A DNA stretch of 63,481 nucleotides, the filler included, from Diploschistes diacapsis (taxonomy: Eukaryota): NCBI GenBank assembly GCA_023645945.1. It is 25 parts of 25 records of this genome, joined end to end, with 100 filler letters (N's around TTAATTAATTAA, not from the genome) between each part and the next. Parts side by side here need not be neighbours in the genome. Positions count along the whole stretch, not along the records: positions 12,026 to 13,641 come from JALAIB010002819.1; positions 13,742 to 36,211 come from JALAIB010000282.1; 23 more parts are not named here. The stretch is one strand, 5' to 3'. Of this stretch, positions 12,285 to 23,533 are shown piece after piece. The notes below the pieces were generated by a model. The model was given only the letters and a program-made list of their open reading frames with translations. It was not told the origin of the DNA and ran no database searches. Each line of letters begins with the position of its first letter. Positions within the stretch are counted from its first letter, which is position 1. Position numbers and translations under genes: made by a program.

Positions 12285-12495
12285 TAGAACGCCCCTACAG
12301 GAATACTACACAACCGGGGGCTGGGCCTGATCCGGAAGGATTACGTGTAGCTGCAATCTGTAGGCTGAATGGTTCAGATTCGAAAAGGTGAAGAACTAAC
12401 TAGGTGGGCAGTAGCGAGGTATGAATACCTCCCAGGTCAGCCCTACTGCCCTACGGGGTTCAACCCTTGAACCCACAAACGTTCAGGATGTTCCA
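12285..12495 (-). mobile_element. LTR family C (related to B), 3' LTR with polypurine tract
   Basis: TAGAAC(=TGGAAC)...GTTCCA ends; minus-strand GGAAAGGGGGATAG abuts 12495; partial copy at 14199-14347. Confidence 0.65.
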
Positions 12496-12620
12496 CTATC
12501 CCCCTTTCCAAACTGTTGCTGTCCCCTAGCAACAAAACAAAACAAAACAAAACCCTTATTCCCTCTTTCCTAGTTCGGATATCTGCTCCTCCCATGCTCT
12601 AATATACTCTTTTCGGCCTA

Positions 12621-12971
12621 GTGCCGAGGATGTTAGGGGGTGGCTGTGTAGGCGAGTAGGACCCGAACCCCGTAGGGCTGGCACCCACACACTATTTATT
12701 CCTGCCACCCTTCCACCTAGATAGTTTCCTCTCTAGCTTTTCGAATGTGAAACGCCAGCGCAGGAATGGGATACTATATTATCGGGGGCTGGGCCTGATC
12801 CGGTGAGATTACGTGTAGCTGGGTATCTGCAGGTAAAAGGTCTCGATTCGAAAAGTTAGAGAGGAAACTATTTAGGTGGAAGTGTGGCAGGAATAAATAG
12901 TGTGTGGGTGCCAGCCTTACGGGGTTCGGGTCCTATTCGTTTACACAGCCACCCCCTAACATCCTCGGCAC
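12621..12971. repeat. Inverted repeat: 126-bp arms (12621-12746, 12846-12971), 99-bp spacer, derived from LTR B
   Basis: Arms are near-perfect reverse complements with a few mismatches, mostly transitions. Confidence 0.92.
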
Positions 12972-13037
12972 AACCGTCATGTAACCCTGCCGTCACGTGA
13001 CCCCGGTGGCTCGGCACGCCTGGGCTGATCTGTCTCA
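12748..13037 (-). mobile_element. LTR family B, complete 290-bp LTR
   Basis: Minus strand reads TGAGACAG...GCGTTTCA. Confidence 0.9.
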
Positions 13038-13741
13038 GCCCGCTAGCGTGTTCTTATATAAGAGCAGACTTTTCGCACATAGAGATAATTCTTTAAAAAT
13101 TATTTTATTAATATAACTATCGTTTAACAGAGATTTAGTTACCGAATAACCATTTATTTATTTTATTATTATACTGTAGTATTAGTCTTTATAATTATAA
13201 CTTCTCTTCCTTCTTGAGAACTACGGTTCGAAATATAACAAATAATTCGCGATCGAAGCGCAATACCCGTCTATAATCATAAAATAGACAGAAATTAGAA
13301 AACGAGTTTAACGAATTATAAACTTTTAACAACCGATTTAAAAGCGAGATAATACCGGAGGAAGAATTTTTCAACCTTGTAGAACCAGAATAAATTCGGA
13401 TAAAAGATATCCGACTATAAGAACGGATAAAAGTACTAAAAATAAAAAAGAAGATATTATAATTTAAAAGACGTTTAAAACGCATCGAAAACGACGTTAA
13501 ACGATTAAAAACTAGCGAAAAACTTTCTGACGCTAACATTTATTTCGACGTTAACGCGACGCCGCTAACTCGTAAGAAACGAGCGAATAAAGATCATTAA
13601 GATATTAAAAATCGTTATCTCAAGCCTAAAAAACTTCTAAANNNNNNNNNNNNNNNNNNNNNNNNNNNNNNNNNNNNNNNNNNNNTTAATTAATTAANNN
13701 NNNNNNNNNNNNNNNNNNNNNNNNNNNNNNNNNNNNNNNNN

Positions 13742-14198
13742 TATTATAATCTTTATTTATATAAGATATATACGAATAAAATTAATATAAATTTAATTTT
13801 TATTAAAAGAAGAATATAATAAAAAAAAAGATAAAATAATTATAAATTTTAAATTATCTTTAAAAAAAAGGCTTTTTAAGAATAAAAGTAACGAATATAA
13901 ATTGATTCCGAATAATAATTAAGGATATTTATAAAAATAAATACGTTTTTTTTTATAAAAATAGAATCGTGTTTATATATAATTAATTCGCTCGCCGTTT
14001 ATCGTAAGTTTAATGAGCAGTATTTTTAAAGCTCGTCGCTTACGAGAATAAACGCGATTATCGAGCGGTGACGAAAACCCGCTCGCCGCTCATAAGAATG
14101 AGCGCGAGCAGTGAGCACATCACGTGACCTCCCGTCCCGTGACTGACCTATATACAACAAAGCTGGGACGTGCCAAGTCTGGTACTTGGATCGTAACA
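13742..14198 (-). mobile_element. LTR family A (subtype 2), inserted into an LTR C copy (14199-14347)
   Basis: TATTATAATC...GATCGTAACA, then AGCTGCAATCTGTAGG as at 12349. Confidence 0.8.
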
Positions 14199-14370
14199 AG
14201 CTGCAATCTGTAGGCTGAATGGTTCAGATTCGAAAAGGTAAGGAAGGAACTATCTAGGTGGGAGGAGGGCACAAATAAATAGTGGGTGCCAGCCCTACCG
14301 CCCTACGGGGTTCAACCCTTGAACCCATAAACGTTCAGGATGTTCCACGTAAAAAAAAAAAAAAAAAAAA

Positions 14371-14600
14371 GAACGCCGTTGCGTTAAACGATTTAATAAA
14401 ATGATAACGAGAAAGATCGAGTTTTCACTTTAATGAAAGTATTTTTTATTATTAAAAGTATTTAGGTTTAAATTAGTAGAAAATCAAAAAATATATGGGA
14501 CTTATAATAAATAAAAAAAGGAAGGGCATTTTAAGTGTAAAAAGCGCTTATGGGTGTTCGGGTACTAGGGTCCGTTCGGTTATTAGGGGCAACATTTTAG
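14371..14600. mobile_element. DNA transposon end marking the AT/GC boundary
   Basis: GTTCGGGTACTAGGGTC repeats as in the termini at 11-60 and 60461-60510; follows a poly-A run at 14351-14370. Confidence 0.5.
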
Positions 14601-15349
14601 CACAAGAAGATGGAAGCTCGGAGAATGCAACGTGGTTAGGGGAGAGTCACGTGAGATTGACCGAGGTCGCGCGAAGACAACACAGTCACGAGACGGTAAA
14701 GCGGCAATCACCTCAGTCCCGCTGGCGACGCAGTTCTGTTTACGAATGGCGTGTCTTTCGACCTCTTTCCATCAAATTGCACACTAGGCGTTACACATGC
14801 CTTCTCGTGATTGTCATCGACTCTTCAGATGGCAAGATCTACAGAAACAGGTAAGGCTCCAATAGCGGCTGCCCTGTACAGCCGGACCTTCACCACCGAA
14901 GCTCGAATCAACTGGAACGTTTCACATTGTTTTATGGTTGCCGGAAAAGAGGTAGAAAAGACTTTGATACTCCGAAAACTCCATCACGAAATGTCATAAA
15001 AGCAGGAGTTCGGGGGTATAGTCCTAGCAGAAAACAAAGCCAGAGGTGCGGGGTGCAGCCGCCACAGAACCTATCGAGTTTTCTACCTGTGCCTTTACTG
15101 AAGAGCATAGCACGCGAGATTATCGGGTACACGATAACTCAGAACAGGCTTCCAATGTACGAGGTCTTGAATATGGGGTCAGGAGTACCTTTGGTCATTA
15201 AGGAAAAAGTTGGATTGATGATAGGCATGTCGGGAGCGACCTGGCTCTATATACACGTCGGCATTATTGGCATGTCCCACTGAAAAGGTAGCCAAATTGA
15301 GTTTCGCATTGGTATATCAGAATTGTTTGACTCTTTCCGCCCATGCATA

Positions 15350-16030
15350 TCAAAAGCAGAGGTAAACAATCACTTTCTTACCGTCCACTAGCGTGACTAA
15401 ATGGGACATATCGACCCCATCGGTGTTCTCCAAAGATGATCCCAGCTCTGATTTAGTCCAAAGGTTGATCATCTCCGACCAGTAGCTGGTTCTTTTGAAT
15501 TCTAATTGGGTCCAGATTTGCGAGAGCTGACGCTTCATCACCAGAGAAGCAGCGTTTTTGTGTATGGCAGCAGAGAAAACCGTGGAGTATCCGTTGAGTG
15601 CTTCATGAATCATACCGGCTGCAGCTGTCTCAACATCCCATGCTAACACTACCTTCGCCTTCGATGCATCGCACAAACCTTGTACGATGTAAATGAAGGA
15701 TATTGACGGGCTGAATTTTGCGAAATCAGAGCCTTTGTGCTGGAAAGCTCTGGAAACCACAATCTTGGGCACTTTGCAGGCTGTATCTGGTTCACAGCAT
15801 ATTCCTGAAGGAATTTGAATCCATGTCCCCATCATGCTTCGACTTGCTGTTTGCATGATAGTCGAAAATTTCTCAACGTGGCATTGGGAGTTGGTGTATT
15901 CCAGGAGCACTGGTTGCCGATTGATGCGAAAGGTCGCTTGCTGAAGCTTGTAGCCCCTTCCAGCTCCAGCCAGGAGGTCGTCGGTGGTGTTGATATTCAC
16001 AGGGTCTGATTCGCTAGCCATGGCGATCAT
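15350..16030 (-). CDS. Hypothetical protein (226 aa), divergent from RLI1
   Basis: ATG-initiated 681-bp ORF in non-RIP sequence; no domain recognised. Confidence 0.45.
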   Translation of the reverse strand: MIAMASESDPVNINTTDDLLAGAGRGYKLQQATFRINRQPVLLEYTNSQCHVEKFSTIMQTASRSMMGTWIQIPSGICCEPDTACKVPKIVVSRAFQHKGSDFAKFSPSISFIYIVQGLCDASKAKVVLAWDVETAAAGMIHEALNGYSTVFSAAIHKNAASLVMKRQLSQIWTQLEFKRTSYWSEMINLWTKSELGSSLENTDGVDMSHLVTLVDGKKVIVYLCF

Positions 16031-16820
16031 GTCCTTGGAGCTTCATCAATAACTGCTCCCAATGGCATATCCAGTAATTCTCACCTTTCCAACAGAGGGC
16101 AGGACTTTTCACAATATCTGCTTCCACGTGTAACTGAAAGGATCCCCGTAATTAAGCCTTGAGCAATGATTCTGACGGCCAAGCTAGAAAAGTAAGGAAA
16201 GTAACGATGTGAGGGGAAACTTGGATGGATGGCACTTCCCGCCATAAAAATGGGGTGTGTTTATGGGTGATATACTTCAAGCTCAACTGACTTTGAAGCC
16301 CGGGCGCAAAAAATGGGAAGGTACCGTTATAACAATCCTGTTTCTTGGATCATGAGCTGGCGGGTGCGTTCCGCAATACTCTGTGTGTATGACAGGAAGA
16401 AGAATGGATTCGGTATTCTAGTAGATACCTGGACAAAACCTGACTTACATCTCGTCTTGGGAAGATCTTCAAGCGAAGCATGTTAAATACCGATTTCAAT
16501 AGTGCAGACGTGGAAAACAAGTAGAATACACATGAAATAAGTAAGAAAAGAGGAGAGTAGTAATGCAGAATACATGATTGGTTGTTTTAGCGACACTTCA
16601 TTATGACGGACTGTCCCTCCATCTTTATACCCCACATCAAGGGCAACTTTGAATTCAATCAATAAATCTCTTCTCCTTCGCCAATTCCTGTTCATTACAG
16701 TCCGCTTGTTTTTCCTTCGTTAACCAAGTCGTGGAGTAGAATTCTTCGCTAGTCTGTTCCAGATTCTAAAGCGCAAAGTACGGTTCTAGCCTCCAAGAAG
16801 CGTCCGAAAGGTACCAAACA

Positions 16821-19452
16821 ATGTCGGACAAACTCACACGGTAAGTAGCATAGCTGGTTTGAAATGACCCCTGCTAATAGCCCTTGTAGTGTGGCGATAG
16901 TCGCTGCCGATAAGGTTCGAAAAGCCACGATTCCCTCAAGCATGAAAGGCAGGACTGATAAACCTGGGTGCGATAGTGCAAACCTAAGAAATGCCGACAA
17001 GAATGCAAGAAATCCTGTCCCGTTGTGCGCAGCGGCAAGCTCTGCATCGAAGTCACTCCAGAATCTCGGATCTCCTTTATCTCAGAGACTCTTTGCATTG
17101 GGTGCGGTATCTGTCCAAAGAAATGTCCCTTCGATGCGATTCAAATCATCAATCTCCCCACCAATCTTGAGAATATGGTGACCCATCGCTACGGGCCAAA
17201 CAGCTTCAAACTTCATCGGTAAGTGCATTTCCGGTCAAATCCAAAGGGAAATTCGAACATGATTTCTTCAGATTGCCCATGCCGCGCCCTGGGAACGTCC
17301 TCGGCCTTGTAGGGGCCAACGGTGTTGGAAAGAGTACAGCCCTCAAGATTCTCGGCGGTAAACTCAAGCCTAATCTTGGGCAATTTGACAACAAAAGCGC
17401 ACCAGACTGGGAAGCCGTCATTCAGTACTTCCGAGGTTCGGAGTTGCAAAACTACTTCACCAAGATCCTAGAAGACGATCTTCAAGCTGTGGTGAAACCA
17501 CAATACGTTGATCAGCTTCCCAAGGCTATCAAAGGGTCCGAGAATAGCGTCAAAGCTTTGATCGAGAAGCAAGCGCAACTTGACAATCTGGATGATGTCC
17601 TAGATACTCTTGAGCTCAGACGTATGCTTCGACCGAAAGCCACTCTTCCCGGACTGACTGAGAGCTACAGATATTTATGACCGCGCTGTACCCCATTTAT
17701 CAGGTGGCGAGTTGCAACGCTTTGCAATTGGCCTGACGTGCATACAGGCTAAAGATGTGTCAGTCATTTCAAGCCTCCTTCCCAAAAACATTGACTGAAT
17801 CTACTTATCTTAGCTACATGTTTGACGAGCCGTCGTCATATCTTGACGTTAAGCAACGCCTAAGCGCCGGCCGCATCATTCGATCCCTTCTGAAACACAA
17901 CAATTACGTTGTCGTCGTCGAGCACGATCTGAGCGTCCTTGATTATCTTTCAGATTACATCTGCGTTCTTTACGGTCGGCCCGCCGTCTACGGAGTGGTT
18001 ACCCTTCCTTATTCGGTTCGTGAGGGCATCAACATCTTCCTTGATGGCTATATACCCACCGAGAACCTTCGCTTCCGAGAGGAGTCCCTAACGTTCAGAC
18101 TTGCCGAGGGTACTGAAGACTACATGGCTGATAGGGTACGCATGTGATATCAATGTCTGGTCTTTCTTGTAACCTAAAGTTGCTGACTTGTTAAACAGTC
18201 TCGTGCTTTCCAGTACCCGGCTATGGAAAAGACCCTTGGCAACTTTAGAGTATGTCCCGAGATATCTCCTTGCCATTTCTCTATCCTTGCTGCAGGGAAA
18301 GTGGTTGCTTTTCAAAAACATGACTAATGCATTCAAAGTTGAGGATTGATGCCGGCGACTTCACTGATTCAGAAATCATTGTTATGATGGGAGAAAACGG
18401 AACTGGAAAAACTACCTTCTGCCGTATCCTGGCAGGTGCCCTCAAGCCCGACGGAACGAAAATGCCAGACATGAAGATCAGTATGAAGCCACAAACAATT
18501 ACACCCAAGTTCGAGGGTACAGTCCGTCAATTGTTTTTCAAGAAGATCAAGGCCGCCTTCCTCTCGCCACAGTTCACGACAGATGTTGTCAAGCCGCTGA
18601 AGCTTGAAGACTTTATTGATCAAGAGGTCAAGAACCTCTCTGGCGGAGAGCTGCAGCGTGTGGTAGGAATACTTCGAGTGTCAAGTATCACAGCAAGCTA
18701 AATCTTCCGGTAGGCGATTGTCTTAGCCTTGGGCTTGCCTGCAGACATCTACCTGATTGATGAGCCATCAGCGTACCTGGATTCGGAGCAGCGTGTTATT
18801 GCTGCCCGTGTTATCAAGCGTTTCATCAGTAAGCCAGTCCCGGGGTCACCCTTCTCTTTCCAATCCTTTTCGACTCTTGAAGACTTGTCGCTCTAAACGC
18901 TTCCTTGACGTATTGGAAAGGAGGAACTGACTTTGACTAAAGTGCATTCGAAGAAGTCGGCATTCATTGTCGAGCACGACTTTATCATGGCTACTTATCT
19001 CGCTGATCGAGTCATCGTTTTTGATGGCAGCCCAGGTCTCGACGCTCGTGCCAACAAGCCGGAGACTCTGCTCTCGGGCTGCAACAAATTCCTGAAGAAT
19101 CTCGATGTGACCTTCCGTGTACGTATTTCTTTTCTTCTCACTGCCGACTTTGGATCTTTTGCGGGGTTGAATCCTTCCAATTTGCTATTGGGAACAATAT
19201 CTTTCATGGAACATACTTGGCTGTTTCCCGCATTGTTGCGAATCCTTTGGTCCGGGGTGCGTGCTAACATCATGGGCTGAAAAGCGCGATCCTCAAAACT
19301 TCCGGCCTCGTATCAACAAGCAGAACTCACAACTTGATCATCAACAGAAGTTGAACGGGAACTACGTAAGTGTAGCCTATTGCGAAGCTACCTATGCGAC
19401 TAGCTGATCCATCGCACAGTTCTTCCTAGAAGATGCGAGCAAGAGTAGTTGA
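16821..19452 (+). CDS. RLI1: ABCE1/Rli1 ribosome-recycling Fe-S ABC ATPase, 608 aa, 12 exons: 16821-16840, 16890-16914, 16977-17218, 17272-17621, 17671-17758, 17814-18135, 18199-18249, 18339-18662, 18714-18828, 18943-19118, 19285-19365, 19420-19452
   Basis: MSDKLTR start; Fe-S motifs [15 protein letters not shown] and [12 protein letters not shown]; Walker [10 protein letters not shown] and GENGTGKTT; two LSGGELQR; exon lengths sum to 1827 nt in frame. Confidence 0.97.
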
Positions 19453-20728
19453 AAGGGCATTCATGAGGATAATTTCCCTCCGCGACGCGATGCGGCGGAC
19501 GCCAGCGTCGAAAGGGGTGGCTTGCAGCAAGCTAGTGGCTCCGGCGATGGAGACGGGGTAGGTTCAGAAGATGGCGACTCGAATGCGGAGGATGACAACG
19601 ACGACAATATCTTGTACCCGCAAGGTATGGGTCCCACAGCCTTACACAGCCGTCCTTGTGCTAACATTAGCAAGGCTTTCCTCGACTACGGAGGGCACCA
19701 GCAATGGCTTCATGAAGTAGAATCACGTTTTCGGAATAACTCCTAGAGAACGAGATGCAGTCGACGTGCGACCTGTTTGCTTGGATTTGGAGTAAGTAGC
19801 CATGTAAAAGAAAAGCGGGAGGACTACAGGGTGGTAGAAGCAGAGTTCGAAAGCGGGTTTGGCATGAAGTCAGCGCGCTTCAGCAGGCGGACGGGAACCG
19901 GTCTTCGCAACAAGACCCGGTCTGGGTAGGTACCGACTTCAACAGGAGGGCCCTGAGTCGCGTACATTAAGGAAATATCTCTAGTAGTAGCAAACGTTGT
20001 GGTAAAGCTTCAATCATGCACTTCTACAAGGACTGAAATGTAAAGCACAGCGTCTGATTGGTGCAGTCTTTAAAGAGGAAATGTCCCACTGGCAATCTTT
20101 ATCATCTACTGTTCTGCAAGTTGTGTGCACGTAGGGACTATAGAACTCACTTTCCATACAAAGGTTTTAAGGGTCAACGACACAATCCATCTATCGGCAT
20201 ATATCAAGAGTTGTTGTATGGCGTCACACTAGTCAGCGCTAACCTTTATCCTAAAGGGTTACTTCGTACAGCCTCTGTCTCGTCATCCAACTGTTAGCTC
20301 GCTTCACTTCTTTCTTGTAAGGCCTGAGGGCCAATAAACTGAAGAAAAGCTGTATGAGCTAACAGTTGGGCAGCGACAGAGGCCATATATATATATATAT
20401 ATAAGCGAGCCAGCCATGACGACATTATGGCTTTCTACTGCGCGCAAGCGCCAAGCTACGGCCAAGCATCTCCCCCCTCCTTCAAGCGATCAAACCTGGA
20501 AAGCCTACCCAAGGGCAGGACACTTCACGGGCACGGAGGTTCAGGGGACACATGACGAGTTCTGTAGCACGCGGGAGTCCTCCGCAATGAGGGGGGAAGG
20601 GGGGTGGGGTGAGAGCACCTCCGTAAATCCATAAAAGTAAACCCACTTCCCGCAACTTCCCAATACCTCATCATACTTTACTACCTCCCACACCCATCAC
20701 TTCCCTCCATATATACATCACCCCAGCA

Positions 20729-21172
20729 ATGGACAAGCTCAAAGACCTCGCCTCCAAAGCCTCCGGCGGCTCTTCCAACACCGGCGGCCCCGCCGCTGCG
20801 GGAAACCAGGGCCAGGAAGATTACCTCGACAAAGGTATCTATCACCTTTCGACTCCCCGTTCTCCCCGATTTTTTTTTTCACTCGATGCCTGGTTTTTTT
20901 TCTCGTTTTGGCTCGCTTGTATCGTGTGTGCGGCGGGATCGACAAAAAGCTAATTGGGGCCCCGGTTGTGCTAGGTCTCGCTGCGGCAGAGAGCAAGTAC
21001 GGAGGCGGGAAGATCGATCCGGCGAAGCAGAGGGGCATGAATGAGAAGGCGACCGACTTTGCGCGGGAGAAGTTCGAGGGGGCTACTGGGTGAGTTGCCC
21101 ATGGTAGGAAAAGGAGGGAGCTTGCTGACGTGATACGGCAGGAAACATGTGCCTGACAAGTTCTCGAACTAG
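20729..21172 (+). CDS. Small hydrophilic fungal protein, 83 aa (exons 20729-20834, 20975-21089, 21142-21172)
   Basis: GT-AG introns with GCTAAT/GCTGAC branch sites; spliced product MDKLKDLASK...EDYLDKGLAAAESKYGGGKIDPAKQRGMNEKATDFAREKFEGATGKHVPDKFSN; TATAAA-like motif upstream. Confidence 0.85.
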
Positions 21173-21542
21173 ATCTGCTGGGGCGGTGCAATGCATGGTG
21201 GTGGCTTGAATCATGATCGTTTCGCGCGGGACAGGAACGTTTTGTTCACTATGATTATTGGTATGGTTCGGATGGCTGCCATTGCTTGTATCGGATTGAT
21301 TAATTTTCAACCGAACTAATCGGTGGTAGCAGTTGTATTGCTAGTACTATGATTCCACACACATTCCATATAAACTCATGTCCGAGAAAGCGTTATAGTG
21401 CTCGTGGTATCTAACCCCCCCAAGATGCCGTTTGCTGCGTCCTTGTATGCTATCCCGTCCCTGTTTCCATCCACGCAACTCAACAACCGTACCAACAATG
21501 ATATACAACGAAGCGAAGAAGTAGAGCCCCAAGGGAGAAAGT

Positions 21543-22192
21543 TTAGTTGAAGTCGTCTCGATTCACTTGATAGGCCATGACCATCATCCACAGGAAGAAG
21601 ACGACTCCTATAACCTGAAATGCGAAGGTTGCCGACCAACAATTACCTGCATGAGTCAGCCTCCAGTCATTTGGGCCATAGCTCCTCCAAGAACTTACAG
21701 ATATTTATTAACGCCAGCCACGCAAGGGTATCGACGCTGACACCCGTGGATGGCGTGCCCATAACGTACGATCCGCAATTCGCATTGACGTTCGTCGGCC
21801 CGAAATCGATGATTGCCGTTTCAATGAGGCCCGTTATCCACAGGACGAAAAGTATGAAGCTGCCGAGCATCACAATTCCCGGCAACAGCATACGGTTTGC
21901 GATGAGGAAGAGTATCATGATTATGAAGGCGAGTGTGAGGGCGCCAACGGTGACCATGTAAGGGAAAAGCCTGTCGTGATTGTTAGCCCGAGACGAGATT
22001 CTGCTTGGCTACTTAGGGAAGTACCCACCATGGAACCCCGAGAGCCATCTGTTGCTGTACCGTCATGAAGTACGCGAATACACCAAGCTCCAATCCCGCG
22101 CCGGCGATCATGACTATTAGCCAGAAATTGAGCTGTGAGTCCGGCCAGTGGTATTTCCGCCGCCGCTCGATGGCAACGATTTCGGTAGGCAT
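21543..22192 (-). CDS. Four-TM membrane protein (MARVEL-like topology), 179 aa (exons 22192-22029, 21970-21699, 21646-21543)
   Basis: Spliced product MPTEIVAIERRRKYHWPDSQLNFWLIVM...GVPWLFPYMVTVGAL...CNCWSATFAFQVIG...RDDFN; canonical introns with GCTAAC/GCTGAC. Confidence 0.88.
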
Positions 22193-23128
22193 TGTGGGAG
22201 GGTTGCGATTGTCGAGGAATCAGGAGGAGTGTGTAGAAGAGTGGTCTGCCCAAGATCTTATAGAGATCTACGAGATAGCAAACTTTGGAGAAATCGAGTG
22301 GTGACGAGTGCGCTCCAATGGAAAGCGGATTGGGCGCCGACACAGAGCGCTGCCGTTTCCGCTTGAAACCCCAAATAGACGTGGCTCGCTCTGGCTGCAA
22401 AGTGTGGTCTGAGATAACAACTGCTTAGATTGCCATCTGTCGGTCCAACTACTGACTGGCGAAAGATACGCCTCGGCGATTCTCGTCGCAAACAATGACG
22501 ATGGAGATGTTGCGGGGATGACGTAGAACGAGGGACGGCCGACGAGGCGGATGATTTGATTGCGCAGCACCAGGCAAGCAAGCGAGCAAGCAAAGTTGAA
22601 GGTCAAGCTGTGGAAGGAAAAAGCCTTGAAGAAAAGGAAGAGGAGTGAACGAACATTGACAGGTAGAAGAAGCAGGAGGTGAGCGTGACGTATGGACAAA
22701 GTTTAGGGTTAAAAGATGGATTGTACGCAATCAAGGCCGCCGCCTTTCTCTTGTCTGGCGGTGGTGGGGCCGAAATGCAGCCATCAGAGGCTGGAGGGAA
22801 ATGTTTGTGGCCGGGATTTGCTTGATGCTGGTTTGGGGCCAGGACAGTTACAGTTGTTGTACCCGGGGGAACTCGCCAGGGGAGCTTTGAGGCTAGTTCA
22901 TTTCTTAGTGTACCTTATTTCTTTTTCGCCCACTCTCCCCTGCAGACAGCAGCTGGACTATACTTGAGCCAACAAGTTTTTAAAACTCAAATTGTGTTAC
23001 CAATCCATTTGTGGATATCTACATGATTGCAAATTATTCAATTCAGAAAAAAAGACACTGGAGACAGACAGTAAGCCATATATGTAAATCATCCAGTAAG
23101 CTCTGCATAGTAAGTAAAAAGCATTATT

Positions 23129-23200
23129 CGACCGACGCAGGACTCGAACCTGCAATCTTCACCACCGGAAAGTGACGCCTTACCATTAGGCCAGCCGGCC
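23129..23200 (-). tRNA. tRNA-Arg(CCG), intronless, 72 nt
   Basis: Acceptor stem GGCCGGC/GTCGGTC; D arm GCCT-AATGGTA-AGGC; anticodon loop TT-CCG-GT; T loop GTTCGAG; T5 run (Pol III terminator) at 23116-23120. Confidence 0.95.
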
Positions 23201-23533
23201 GGGCATAGAAAATTTACTATAGATTTCATCTATATATTGCCATTAGCTCGGGTAGCGACTTTGTGCATTTTTTCTGCCTCCATTCCAGGATATATCTTAC
23301 CCACGTTGATCAGTGTTCAAGCTATTGACTTGGAGAGGTGTAGATTGATTTGTGCTCAAGGTGTCCACAATGTGGGTTGTATACTAGGAATCCGACCATA
23401 CGAACTTTAGGACGATGGAACGGTTCGATCTTCCCTCAAGCTTTGTGAATCATTTACGGAAGAGAACCCTCGCCCAGAGAGCATCATGACCACAACAGGC
23501 TTATCAACAAATGTGACCTGATTGCCGTCAGCA

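Noticed and set aside
1085..13539. Short Ile/Lys/Asn/Phe-rich ORFs in the AT-rich contigs, here and after 36312
   Set aside because: Chance ORFs or fragments of RIP-degraded transposon genes, not host genes
19461..20300. Acidic ORF 19522-19746 and nearby short ORFs after RLI1
   Set aside because: No ATG start for the acidic ORF and no coherent exon chain on either strand
23522..23533. TTG start given for APC1 in the ORF track
   Set aside because: Eukaryotic gene; in-frame ATG at 23534
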